A stretch of 64,000 nucleotides of DNA, taken from positions 49,399 to 113,398 of the forward strand of contig JAOAGV010000001.1 in assembly GCA_026415575.1 (NCBI GenBank), in the 5' to 3' direction. This document shows, one piece after another, positions 19,004-28,427 of the stretch. The translations under genes were made by a program, and so were the position numbers. The DNA comes from Candidatus Sumerlaeia bacterium. GTDB lineage: Bacteria; Sumerlaeota; Sumerlaeia; JADFCW01. Position 1 is the first letter of the stretch. Every line of letters begins with the position of its first letter. The notes beneath the pieces were generated by a model, which saw nothing but the letters and a program-made list of their open reading frames with translations, had not been told where the DNA came from and did no database searches.

Positions 19004-20149
19004 TTACACCTTGACCCAACATCGCGCCCGATCGGATTCGAGCGCGGCCGCAATGAGTTCCTGAACCCGCACGCCGACCTCGAGGCCCGGTTCGGCTTTG
19101 GCACCGGCGGCGATGGCCGACAGGAAATTGTGCACGCAGGCCACATGCGAGCGCATCCAGCCGACAGGGAATTTCACCCCCGGCCAACCTCCCGGTGCAG
19201 GATAGCGATGGACGCTGGCGATACGCTTCCAGCCGCGTTCGCCGCCAAAAGGCTGATCGGGCGCGGCGGCGTCGAATACCTCCACCCAGTTGGGGTCCAT
19301 GAGATTGAAGCGAAGGGCGCCGCGCGTGCCGTGGATTTCGACGCGCAGTTCGTCCTCGATACCCGCGGCGATTTTGCTGGCCTCGATTGTGCCCAAAGCG
19401 CCCGAGGCGGTGCGAACAAGCATGACGGCGTGATCTTCGGCGTCCACTTTGACAAGAGACGCAACAGGCGTGCTGTGGGCGTGGGCAAAAGCAGGCCTTT
19501 GGGCGAATGCAATCATAGTCGAGCAACCGATTTCCACCGGCTCGCCGAGAAAATGCCGCAGCAAATCCAGCACGTGCGAGCCAAGGTCCTGAATCACTCC
19601 GCCGCCCATCGCGCCCGACAGTTTCCACTTCAGCGGGGCGTTGGGATCGGCGCTGCCGGAGTGCAGATACGCGGCACGGAAGCAAAGGGGCCGTCCGAGA
19701 AATCCCGCATCCACAAGGTGTTTGGCGCGCAACGTCGCCGGCAGAAAGCGGTAGTTGAAGGTCATCTGATGGACGCCGCGGTAGCCGTCCAGCGCCGCTG
19801 CGATGCGGCGTGCCTCATCCACGTTGGCCGCCAAAGGCTTTTCGCAATAGACGTGCTTGCCGTGTGCAAGGGCTGAAAGGACCGGCTCGACGTGCAAACT
19901 GTTGGGCGTGCAGATATGGACAGCATCAATGTTGGCGTTTTCGGTAATGGCGCGCCAGTCGGTCGTGGCGAAGTCAAAGCCGACGGCTCGCTGTGCCGCC
20001 TCGGCGGTCTCCGGACGGCTGGTGCAAACGCCCGCAAGGCGCGTCTCAATGGGCGGCGGATCGTAATACAACGCCATGTTGCGATACGCATAGGCGTGCA
20101 CCTTGCCGATTGAACCAAAACCAATGATGCCGATGCGAAGACAGACCAT
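19004..20149 (-). CDS. Gfo/Idh/MocA family oxidoreductase
   Basis: RIGIIGFGSIGKVHA...YCEKPLAANVDEARR. Confidence 0.85.
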   Translation of the reverse strand: MVCLRIGIIGFGSIGKVHAYAYRNMALYYDPPPIETRLAGVCTSRPETAEAAQRAVGFDFATTDWRAITENANIDAVHICTPNSLHVEPVLSALAHGKHVYCEKPLAANVDEARRIAAALDGYRGVHQMTFNYRFLPATLRAKHLVDAGFLGRPLCFRAAYLHSGSADPNAPLKWKLSGAMGGGVIQDLGSHVLDLLRHFLGEPVEIGCSTMIAFAQRPAFAHAHSTPVASLVKVDAEDHAVMLVRTASGALGTIEASKIAAGIEDELRVEIHGTRGALRFNLMDPNWVEVFDAAAPDQPFGGERGWKRIASVHRYPAPGGWPGVKFPVGWMRSHVACVHNFLSAIAAGAKAEPGLEVGVRVQELIAAALESDRARCWVKV

Positions 20150-20189
20150 TTTTGCATTCTCTTTTCGAGCGATTTGGGATGTCGTGCGA

Positions 20190-21308
20190 TTAGTTTTCTT
20201 TCATTTTGGCCAAATGACTTTCATTCACATCCACTCCCAAGCCCGGTCCTTCCGGCACCATGAGCTGTCCGTCTTTCAATTCAAAAGGCTGCTTCAAGAT
20301 GCTGGTGCCCAGAAATTGAAGGCCGTTGAGTGCGGCGGGCGTTTTCAGCCCATAGGCGCCGTAGATGGCCAGCGAGGCGGCCAGCGCCACGTCGGGATCG
20401 CACAAGCCGCTGCCCAGCCAGATCAGGCCGGCGTCCTCGATGATTTCGATCTGGCGTCGCTGCGACAGCAGTCCGGCGCAGCGTGCCGGCTTCATAGCCA
20501 CGCCGTCCATCATGTCGAGCCGGATGAACTCGATCAGATCGTCGGGCGAAAAAACGCCTTCGTCCATGATGATCGGCAGCGCACCCTGCTTTTTCAACTC
20601 GCGCCAGCCGCTGATGCGATTGGGACGCAGCGGTGATTCGAGCACGGCGACGCCGATGTCGGCCAATTTCGGCGCCACAGCCATGGCCGTCGCCGTGTCG
20701 TAGCCGCCATTGGCATCGGCCCACAGAAAACCGTCGGGGGCAAGGCGCTTGACGATGCGGCACATTTCGACGTCGAACTTCGGATCGGGTGCGACCTTGA
20801 CATTGAACGTGCGGTAGCCGCGCTGAAATCCCTCGGCGACCAATGCCTCGACCTCGTCGAGCCTGCGGGCGTTCAGCGTATAACTTATGGTGATCGGCCC
20901 GCCGCGCGGCCGCCCCCACAGCTGCGCCAGTGAGCAGCCGAGGCTCCGGCCAATCAGGTCGTGCAGGGCCATATCAATGCCCGCTTTGGTCAGCGGCATA
21001 CCGGTCGAGAATCCCGGCGCGATGATGCGGTCCATGGCTGCATGGACACCGGCAAGATCAAACGGATCGAGGCCGATAAGTTCCGGCGCGAGATAGCGTC
21101 GGATAACAATTTCCGACGCTTCCATTGTCTCGTAGCTCCAGCGATGACTGGGGACGCTCTGGCCCCAGCCGACCGTGCCGTCATCGGCGGTGATTTTGAT
21201 GGTAATGGCCGGCCGGCCGTAGGGCACCCCCCTTGGCCCCTCGAAAAACTTGAAGTAGCCGACGGTGGGATAGCGGATGGGGAAGGTTTCGATGCGTTCG
21301 ATCTTCAT
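20190..21308 (-). CDS. enolase-superfamily enzyme (mandelate racemase / muconate lactonizing enzyme family)
   Basis: MR/MLE N-terminal capping domain, then a TIM barrel with metal-ligand regions (FLWADANGGY, IIMDEG). About 370 aa. Confidence 0.8.
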   Translation of the reverse strand: MKIERIETFPIRYPTVGYFKFFEGPRGVPYGRPAITIKITADDGTVGWGQSVPSHRWSYETMEASEIVIRRYLAPELIGLDPFDLAGVHAAMDRIIAPGFSTGMPLTKAGIDMALHDLIGRSLGCSLAQLWGRPRGGPITISYTLNARRLDEVEALVAEGFQRGYRTFNVKVAPDPKFDVEMCRIVKRLAPDGFLWADANGGYDTATAMAVAPKLADIGVAVLESPLRPNRISGWRELKKQGALPIIMDEGVFSPDDLIEFIRLDMMDGVAMKPARCAGLLSQRRQIEIIEDAGLIWLGSGLCDPDVALAASLAIYGAYGLKTPAALNGLQFLGTSILKQPFELKDGQLMVPEGPGLGVDVNESHLAKMKEN

Positions 21309-21329
21309 GGCTGTTCCTGGAATGCGGTG

Positions 21330-22706
21330 TTATTGTTCATCTTCATCTGAGCGTTTTTTCTTTTTTGCTTTCCTCGACTTATCGGCGACCCACTCTTTGC
21401 TGCCGCGAATGGGTTGGCCCATTTGGGCGAGCCATGCGGCAAATGTTTGCTTTAGTTCTGCCATTTTGTCGGGATGGGTTTTCGATAAATCCTTCGACTC
21501 CTGCGGATCGTCCTTGAGGTTGAAGAGTTCCTCGCGGCCTTCCTGAAAGACATATTTCCAGTCGTCCTTGCGAATGGCCCAGCGTCCGACACCGTCATGC
21601 CAGCACAGATAGTCGTGAATTTTGCCGACTTCGCCGCGCGCGGCGGGCAGCAGATTTTTGCCGTCGAACATCCCCGTCGGCGCAGGCAGCTCGCAGGCGG
21701 CCAGCGCTGTCGGCAGAATATCGAAGGACATCACCGGCGTGTTACAGGTTGATCCGGCGGGCAGACGGCCCGGCCAGACCATGCAGAAGGGTGTGCGGAT
21801 GCCACCTTCCCACATGGAGGCTTTGAATCCGCGCAGGGGCGAGTTGTCGGCCCTCATTCCCGCCGCTCCGCCGTTGTCGGTCAGGAAGAACAGAAGCGTG
21901 TTGTCCCATGTGCCTGTTTCTTTCAGCGCGGCCACAATCCGGCCCACGCTAAGGTCAAGGTGCTTAAGCATGGCCATGAGGATGTTTCGCGTGGGATCGC
22001 CGGTGTTGTACTGTTTGACATCCTCTTCCGGGGCCTGCGCGGGCGAATGCACCGAGTTGAAGCAGACATAGGCGAAGAACGGCCGGTCGCGGTGCCGTCG
22101 GATGAACGAAATAGCCTCGTCGGCGATGCGGTGGGGAAGATAGCCCTCGTCGTCAATGGGATCGAGGCCGCGCCGCAGCAGATTGTGCTCGGCCGTTCCC
22201 TCGCGCTTGAGATTAAAATAGTCGTGGGCGCCATGGCCGAGAAAGCCGTAGAACTCGTCGAAACCGCGCCGGACCGGATTGTATTCGGGCGTGATGCCCA
22301 GATGCCACTTGCCGAAGCAGCCGCAGGCATAGCCGTGCTCTTTCAGATACTGGGGGAAAATTTTTTCGGTCAGAGGCAGGCCCTCGCGCGACGAGGAGGT
22401 CGTATAGAATCCCGACCGCTGCTGATAGCGGCCGGTCATGATGCCGGCGCGCGTAGGCGAACAGGTTGCGCCCGATGTGTAGGCCTGGCCAAACGTCACG
22501 CCCGCTTTCATCAAGGCGTCAAGGTTGGGCGTGGCCACTTCTTTTTGGTGCAGCGGATTATGCGATACATCCGCATAGCCCTGATCGTCGGAAAGAAGAA
22601 TGACAATGTTTGGCCTGCGCGCCGTTTGACCGGTGCTGCGCAAGGTCGCAATGGCCGCCGCGGCGCCAAATAGACGGCCCAAAGCCTGCCGTCGTGTCAA
22701 ATGCAT
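21330..22706 (-). CDS. arylsulfatase (S1 formylglycine-dependent sulfatase), TAT-exported
   Basis: MHLTRRQALGRLFGAAAAIA is a TAT signal. SDDQGYAD...CSPTRAGIMTGRY is the C-x-P-x-R FGly motif, then GKWHLG. Start moved to the ATG at 22706 (AGGAGG RBS). Confidence 0.9.
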   Translation of the reverse strand: MHLTRRQALGRLFGAAAAIATLRSTGQTARRPNIVILLSDDQGYADVSHNPLHQKEVATPNLDALMKAGVTFGQAYTSGATCSPTRAGIMTGRYQQRSGFYTTSSSREGLPLTEKIFPQYLKEHGYACGCFGKWHLGITPEYNPVRRGFDEFYGFLGHGAHDYFNLKREGTAEHNLLRRGLDPIDDEGYLPHRIADEAISFIRRHRDRPFFAYVCFNSVHSPAQAPEEDVKQYNTGDPTRNILMAMLKHLDLSVGRIVAALKETGTWDNTLLFFLTDNGGAAGMRADNSPLRGFKASMWEGGIRTPFCMVWPGRLPAGSTCNTPVMSFDILPTALAACELPAPTGMFDGKNLLPAARGEVGKIHDYLCWHDGVGRWAIRKDDWKYVFQEGREELFNLKDDPQESKDLSKTHPDKMAELKQTFAAWLAQMGQPIRGSKEWVADKSRKAKKKKRSDEDEQ

Positions 22707-22944
22707 GGCTGCCTCCTGTAGGATGAAATGAAAAAAACGTCGTGCCGCAACCCGCCGCTGATAGAGGTAGTGCGTGTCGGCGGGCTTTGGCAATGAAATT
22801 TCCTTGCGGCTGCGCTGCGTTTCCGGTAACGCAGCCTGTCGGCTGGAGAAAGCGGGGCAGATTTCAGTCGGCGTCATCGCCGCCAAAGAGGCAAAAACCT
22901 GTCGCAGGTCGTTTCCCGCCGTGCGACACGAAGGATGGAACAGC

Positions 22945-24369
22945 ATGGCCGAGTTGATGCTTTCCGATCAAGGCGCGCCGCGCGAGCGAATGACCGGCTA
23001 TCACTGGTGGGTGCTGGCCGTGGGTTCGATGAGCTGGCTGTTCGACTGCATGGACGCGCGGTTGTTTGCGCTGTCGCGCCAGCCGGCGTTGACGCAGTTG
23101 CTGGCGCCCGTGACCGCCGGCATGGCGCCGGCCGACGCGGGATTGACCGTGTTGAAATTCGGCGATGTGGCCACGGCGGCCATGATGGTCGGCTGGGCCG
23201 TGGGCGGACTGTTTTTCGGCATCGTCGGCGACAAGTGGGGCCGCGTGCGCACGCTCTCGACCAGCATCCTCGTCTATTCGTCGTTCACGGGGCTTTCCGG
23301 CTTGTCGCAAACGTGGGTGGATTTCTGTGTGTGGCGGTTCCTGATGGGCTGCGGCATAGGCGGAGCGTTTGCAACGGCCGCCACGCTGATTGCCGAAACA
23401 TTGCCGGCCCATGTGCGGGCGCTGGCGCTGGGATCGTTTCAGGCGTTGTCGGCTTTGGGCAACATTCTGGGGTCGGCCGTGAGTGCATGGGTGATTCCGC
23501 CGAACCAGCCGGTGAACTTTCTGGGCCTCGGCTGGCATGTTCCCGGCTGGCGGTTGATTTTTGGCTTCGGCGTTCTGCCCGCGTTTCTGATCTTTCTGAT
23601 CATGCGCACCATCCGCGAGCCGGAGCAGTGGCATCAGGCGCGCCGGACGGCCAAGGCGCAGCTGGACCGCCAGATGGGCGACCTTAAAAGCATGATGACG
23701 CATCCGCGCTGGCGGCGGGCGGCGATTGTCGGCGTGCTTCTGGCGGTCGCCGGAGCCGTGGGGCTGTGGGGCGTGGGCTTTTATACGCCGGAGCTGATCT
23801 CGGAGGCGCTCAAAGGCGCGACGCCGAAACAGGAGAACTTTGTTCGCGGCTTCGGATTGATGATTCAGGACTGCGGCGCGCTGGTGGGGATTTTCTTCTA
23901 CACGTTTCTGGCGTTGTGGATGGGCCGGCGGGCGGCGTTTGGAATCTGTTTTGTGCTGGCCTATGCCGTAGTCACGTTTGTTTTTCTGAATCTAAACTCG
24001 GCGCGCGACGCCTTTTGGATGACGCCGATGGTGGGCTTCGTCACGCTGAGTGTGTTCGGCGGCTACTCGATCTATTTTCCCGAGATTTTTCCGACGCGGC
24101 TGCGGGCAACCGGCACGGCGATTTGCTACAATGTAGCGCGGATTCTGACAGCGGCGATCATTTTCATGCAGGTGCCGATGAAGGGCTTCTTCAACAATCT
24201 GTTCGCCGACCAAAGCCATCCGGTGACGAAGTTTTTCGTTTCGATCGGCGCACCGACACCTTTCCGCGCCGTCGCAGTGGTGATGTGTCTGATTTATTTT
24301 GTAGGCCTGATTACGTTGTTCTGGGCGCCCGAAACCAAAGGCAAGCCGCTGCCGACCGATGAAAACTGA
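22945..24369 (+). CDS. MFS transporter
   Basis: Twelve predicted TM helices and MFS motifs (GDKWGRVRTL, LMGCGIGGAF). Start at the MAELML ATG at 22945. Confidence 0.8.
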   Translation: MAELMLSDQGAPRERMTGYHWWVLAVGSMSWLFDCMDARLFALSRQPALTQLLAPVTAGMAPADAGLTVLKFGDVATAAMMVGWAVGGLFFGIVGDKWGRVRTLSTSILVYSSFTGLSGLSQTWVDFCVWRFLMGCGIGGAFATAATLIAETLPAHVRALALGSFQALSALGNILGSAVSAWVIPPNQPVNFLGLGWHVPGWRLIFGFGVLPAFLIFLIMRTIREPEQWHQARRTAKAQLDRQMGDLKSMMTHPRWRRAAIVGVLLAVAGAVGLWGVGFYTPELISEALKGATPKQENFVRGFGLMIQDCGALVGIFFYTFLALWMGRRAAFGICFVLAYAVVTFVFLNLNSARDAFWMTPMVGFVTLSVFGGYSIYFPEIFPTRLRATGTAICYNVARILTAAIIFMQVPMKGFFNNLFADQSHPVTKFFVSIGAPTPFRAVAVVMCLIYFVGLITLFWAPETKGKPLPTDEN

Positions 24370-24404
24370 GAGCAGTCCGACGAGCCGGACAGGTCGGACA
24401 GGAG

Positions 24405-25451
24405 ATGCAACCCATGACCCACTCGCAATGGAACACCCTGCTGGCAGTACTCCGCGGCGAACTTCTCTCGCCCCCTCCCGTCGCGTTCATCATGGACAGT
24501 CCGTGGTTACCCAACTGGGCGGGCATGACCCTGCTCGACTACTTCAGCAGCGAGGAGCAATGGTTTGAGGCGAACCTCAAAGCGATGACAGAATTCCCCG
24601 AAGCCATTTTTCTGCCCGGCTTTTGGGCGGAGTTTGGCATGTGCACCGAGCCGTCGGCCTTCGGCGCCAAGTGCGTGTTCCCGGAAAACGAATTCCCGCA
24701 CGCCGCCAAGATCATCCAGTCGGTCGAGGACATTGACCGCCTCAGCCCGCCCAACCCGAAAACCGACGGCCTGCTGCCGCTTGTGATCAAGCGTCTGCAA
24801 CACTACCGGCCGCGAATCGAGGCGGCGGGGCATTCCATCCGGTTTGCGGTTTCACGCGGCCCGCTCAACGTCGCCTCGTTTCTCATGGGCATTACGGAAT
24901 TCCTGATGGAGATCAAATGCAATCCGGAGAGGATTCATCAGCTGTTGCGCCTGACGACGGTTTTCATTGCAGACTGGATTGCCTATCAGCGCGAGTGCTT
25001 CCCGACTATTGACGGTGTGCTTCTGCTCGATGACATCGTGGGGTTTCTCGGCGAAGAGGATTTCAAGGAATTCGGCCTGCCCTATCTGAAGGAACTCTAT
25101 GCAAAGTCCGGCGTCTCAGTCCGGTTTTTTCACAACGACGCCCCCTGCCGCAGTTCGGCTCCCTATCTGCACGAAGCGGGGATCAATCTTTACAACATGG
25201 GAATCGAGTCCGCGCTGGGCGATGTGCGCGATTGGGTGGGCCCCGAAGTGACATTGATGGGCAACATTCCGCCGAGGGATGTGCTGGCCGCCGGCACCCC
25301 GCGCGACGTGGCCGATGCCGTTGGCCGTCAATACGCCTCCCTGCCCGACCGCCGCCGTGTTCTTTTCTCCTGCGGCGGGGGGTTGCCGCCCGGAGTCTCC
25401 ACCGAAAACCTTCGCGCATTTCTGTCGGCCGTCGCAAAGGCGGGCGCGTGA
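24405..25451 (+). CDS. uroporphyrinogen decarboxylase (URO-D) family protein (MtaA/HemE-like fold; likely not HemE itself)
   Basis: Length and motifs (FIMDSPW, GFLGEEDFKEFGLPYLKEL, FFHNDAPCRS) fit the URO-D/methyltransferase family. The genomic context is sugar catabolism. Confidence 0.65.
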   Translation: MQPMTHSQWNTLLAVLRGELLSPPPVAFIMDSPWLPNWAGMTLLDYFSSEEQWFEANLKAMTEFPEAIFLPGFWAEFGMCTEPSAFGAKCVFPENEFPHAAKIIQSVEDIDRLSPPNPKTDGLLPLVIKRLQHYRPRIEAAGHSIRFAVSRGPLNVASFLMGITEFLMEIKCNPERIHQLLRLTTVFIADWIAYQRECFPTIDGVLLLDDIVGFLGEEDFKEFGLPYLKELYAKSGVSVRFFHNDAPCRSSAPYLHEAGINLYNMGIESALGDVRDWVGPEVTLMGNIPPRDVLAAGTPRDVADAVGRQYASLPDRRRVLFSCGGGLPPGVSTENLRAFLSAVAKAGA

Positions 25452-25512
25452 TTCCCGTCAAAGACCCGACTTGGGCAGGACGAACGAAAAAAGTTTTATC
25501 CCTGATTGAGGT

Positions 25513-25656
25513 TTTGGACTGCGGCAGCCATGCTGCCGCTTTGCTGAAATCGTTTGTTGTCAGGCGAAGCGTCGGCGCTGAGGAAAGAACCCGCGCTTGG
25601 CGGGTTTGAATTTAGCACGAAAGAAAGCGGCAGCATGTCTGCCGCAATCCAAAGCG
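25513..25656. repeat. MITE-like palindromic element, copy 3
   Basis: TTTGGACTGCGGCAGCCATGCTGCCGCTTTGCTGAAATCG...CGCGCTTGGCGGGTTTGAA...AAAGCGGCAGCATGTCTGCCGCAATCCAAAGC is collinear with copy 1. Confidence 0.65.
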
Positions 25657-25825
25657 GCCGACGATTTGTGCATAATGACAAGGGCGCGGCCTCAGGCCCT
25701 TTCCTTTTCGCATCTCCAGCCGAAATAAGGCCAAAGCATGCTCGAACGACCTTCTCCCGATTTTGGGAGATGCTCCCTCCTTGGCCTTTGCAAGAGATTG
25801 GCTGTGAAAGAATTCAGAGAAACGC

Positions 25826-27202
25826 CTAACTTTCACACTCTTTCGAGTGCTCTCGCCACAGGCCTTTTCGTTTTTCGCGCGCCTCGGCTTCGTATTGCTC
25901 GAAACGCTTGCGGTGGCGGTAGGGGTGCGAGCGGTCGGCGCGGGCATAGCCGTCGCGGATCATGCGCGCGTTAAGAAACTTTTTGTTGCTCAGGTGGACG
26001 TAGGCGGGACCAGAAGCGCCGTCGGCGAGCGGCCCGTGGTCGTTGCTGAGTTCAAGCCCGCTGCTGCGAACCATGCGCTCAAGATGTTCGATTGCCAGTT
26101 CCTGCGCGCGAGATTTGCTTTCGACAGAAGGCCACGGGGCGACGCCGAGCAGCGTGATGGTGCGTCCATCGCGCAGCAACAGTTCGGCAGGACTCAGGAC
26201 GGTTTTCAGTTGAGCCTTTTTCTTCGGGAATTGCTGTTTCACCGTGACGCGTGTCCCATACGAGTTTTCCCGCGGATCCACAGCGCGGCGAATTTGCACA
26301 CTACCGCTTGCGGCTGCGGGGCCTGCGCTCCAGCGCCGGATACGTTCCTCGAAATCTTCGGGCGAGGCGGACCGCTCGATGAACTCAAGGTTCGGCAGCC
26401 CGATCGCGTTGAACAATTCGCCGCCCTCGCGCATCCGATTCTCGATGGTTGCGCGGAATTCCGGGTTGATCTCGTAGCCCACAGAATTGCGGCCGAGTCG
26501 GTGCGCCGCCAGCGAGGTCGTCCCGCTGCCGAGAAAGGGATCGAGCACGGTTTCACCGGCAAAGGTGAACATGCGAATGAGCCGGCGCGGCAGTTCGAGC
26601 GGAAAGGCGGCCGGATGCTCTCCCTGACGGACGCCGCTGAAATTCCAGTGGCCGTAAAAATACTCGTTCCACTCCTCAGTCGTCAGGCGCGCGGCTTCTT
26701 TGGCGGCAAGCGAGGGCGGAGGGGGCGCCTTGCCGGGTTTTTTGAAAATCACGATGAACTCATAGTCAATCTTGATGATGCCATTGCGCGGAAACGGAAA
26801 GGAACCCATGATTGCCGCGCCGCCCGACGTATTGCATGTGGTAACCTTTTGCCAGATGATTGCGCCCATATAGTCGAGACCGAGTTTTTTTTCGCAAAAG
26901 CCGACAATTTCCTCGCGGATGGGAATTACTTTGTAGCGTCCATAGTGGGCGGCGCGGGCGAACTGGTCGCCGATGTTGACGCACAGCCGGCAGCCGTCGT
27001 GGAGCACGCGCGCACATTCTTCCCACACCAGATTCAGATTGTTGATGTAGGCGCGATAGTCATCGTGAAAGCCGATCTGGTCCGCCGCGCCGTAATCTTT
27101 GATCTGCCAATAGGGCGGCGAAGTGACGACCAGATGAACGCTCCGGTCGGGCAGTTCCGGCATCGCGCGGGAATCGGCAAAGATGATTTTGTGCGTGGAC
27201 AT
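25826..27202 (-). CDS. DNA methyltransferase (beta-class, SPPY motif: probable N4-cytosine MTase) fused to a C-terminal SNase-like (thermonuclease-fold) domain
   Basis: Motif IV TSPPYW precedes motif I DPFLGSGTT, which is the beta permutation. The C-terminal 150 aa (TVLSPAELLLRDGRTITLLGVAPWPS...GPAYVHLSNKKFLNARMIRDGYA...EAEAREKRKGLWR) aligns to staphylococcal nuclease topology. The canonical VDTPE metal site reads VAPWP. Confidence 0.8.
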   Translation of the reverse strand: MSTHKIIFADSRAMPELPDRSVHLVVTSPPYWQIKDYGAADQIGFHDDYRAYINNLNLVWEECARVLHDGCRLCVNIGDQFARAAHYGRYKVIPIREEIVGFCEKKLGLDYMGAIIWQKVTTCNTSGGAAIMGSFPFPRNGIIKIDYEFIVIFKKPGKAPPPPSLAAKEAARLTTEEWNEYFYGHWNFSGVRQGEHPAAFPLELPRRLIRMFTFAGETVLDPFLGSGTTSLAAHRLGRNSVGYEINPEFRATIENRMREGGELFNAIGLPNLEFIERSASPEDFEERIRRWSAGPAAASGSVQIRRAVDPRENSYGTRVTVKQQFPKKKAQLKTVLSPAELLLRDGRTITLLGVAPWPSVESKSRAQELAIEHLERMVRSSGLELSNDHGPLADGASGPAYVHLSNKKFLNARMIRDGYARADRSHPYRHRKRFEQYEAEAREKRKGLWREHSKECES

Positions 27203-27551
27203 AAAGGCGGCAAGTAATCCTCACTCTCAATCTGTTACCTTGCAAATGAAATGGTGAATTCGTGTCCCGAGCGATTCAAGTGTGAATGCGCGACTGCACC
27301 GTCAGTTTTCCAAGATACTGATAGTGCCACAAAAACGGGGGAAGAATCCGACAGTTATTACTATATGCATTGTGTGGAACACGGAGAGTGTTTTTGTGGG
27401 TTTGGCATTTTTATCTTGCACTCTGCGGTTACTTGATGCCAATCTTTATTAGAGCCATAATGAAATACGCTTTACGGGGTAGGCAACATAGGAATTTGCA
27501 CTTTGGGCAATACCCAGTATCTACTTACAAACCACAGAAAGGAGTAAGAAT

Positions 27552-28070
27552 ATGGCGTATTGGCTATTCTACGTTATGGACTTTGTAAGCGAATCAGGTG
27601 GCTTTAAGAAACAAGTGCAATGGGGGGTTGCAGCACAACAATATCCTACCCCTGATTGGGTAGGCGCATACCAGAATATGCCGCTCCTGCGCAAAATCAA
27701 GTGCGGCGATTGGCTCGTCGCAGGACGCTCTTGTCGGTTTGCGGGCTATGCGCAATCTCTGTCAGACTTTTATCAGGGCGGCCGCTCGCTTGACATACCT
27801 TGCCCCTATGATCCGGACTACCACTTTGAATTTTACGAACGTGTGGATGTGGAATGGTATGTAGTGCCTGGGTATGAAGACTACGAAAACTGGTTGGATT
27901 TGCACGATTTCAAGAAGGCACTCCTGAAGGAACAGCAGAGAACAGGAGGAAGTCGATCCTATAGTCCCATTGATTTCCCCATGGGGAGATGCCTTAAGCA
28001 AATTAATGCGGGTCTGTTCAAGGAACTGCGCAGGCGACTCGACGAAGCCGGCGCACGTCCCATTGGCTGA
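27552..28070 (+). CDS. hypothetical protein, possible PUA-like (EVE-type) modified-base-binding domain
   Basis: N-terminal MAYWLF and KIKCGDWLVAG resemble the EVE hallmarks (M-x-YWL...MK-x-GD). The gene has about 42-50% GC. RBS AAAGGAG. It ends at a TGA in the same frame as the downstream HNH ORF. Confidence 0.5.
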   Translation: MAYWLFYVMDFVSESGGFKKQVQWGVAAQQYPTPDWVGAYQNMPLLRKIKCGDWLVAGRSCRFAGYAQSLSDFYQGGRSLDIPCPYDPDYHFEFYERVDVEWYVVPGYEDYENWLDLHDFKKALLKEQQRTGGSRSYSPIDFPMGRCLKQINAGLFKELRRRLDEAGARPIG

Positions 28071-28142
28071 AGAAGGCGCGATGTTCGCCGCTAACGTAGA
28101 CCATCTCTTACATGCTGGGACAGACTTGACGATACCAAGCCA

Positions 28143-28427
28143 ATGCCGGCGCATCACTGCTTCTTTCTGGTCACCAGACCGGTGCGTAGCTCGCGAAATC
28201 GCCTTGCTGCAAAAGAACGTGCGAAATGGTGTTGTGAGGTGCCGGGATGCCGGATCCCAACGTTTATGCAAAGGAACCATGGAAAACCCTATCTTGAAGC
28301 CCACCATCTCGACCCTCTGGGAGAAAAGGGGGCCGAACACCTGTCGAATATTGCCGTCGTAGACGCTTGGCACCATGCCTTATTGACATATGGTCCCCTA
28401 AAGGACGCTAAAAAAGTCGCCGGGTAA
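28143..28427 (+). CDS. HNH endonuclease domain ORF (possibly the severed C-terminal half of an EVE-HNH Type IV restriction gene)
   Basis: WCCEVPGC...YLEAHHLDPLGEKGAEHLSNIAVVDAWHH has the C-x2-C, the catalytic His and the N...H-H of the HNH motif. There is no convincing RBS. It is in the same frame as 27552..28070. Confidence 0.55.
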   Translation: MPAHHCFFLVTRPVRSSRNRLAAKERAKWCCEVPGCRIPTFMQRNHGKPYLEAHHLDPLGEKGAEHLSNIAVVDAWHHALLTYGPLKDAKKVAG

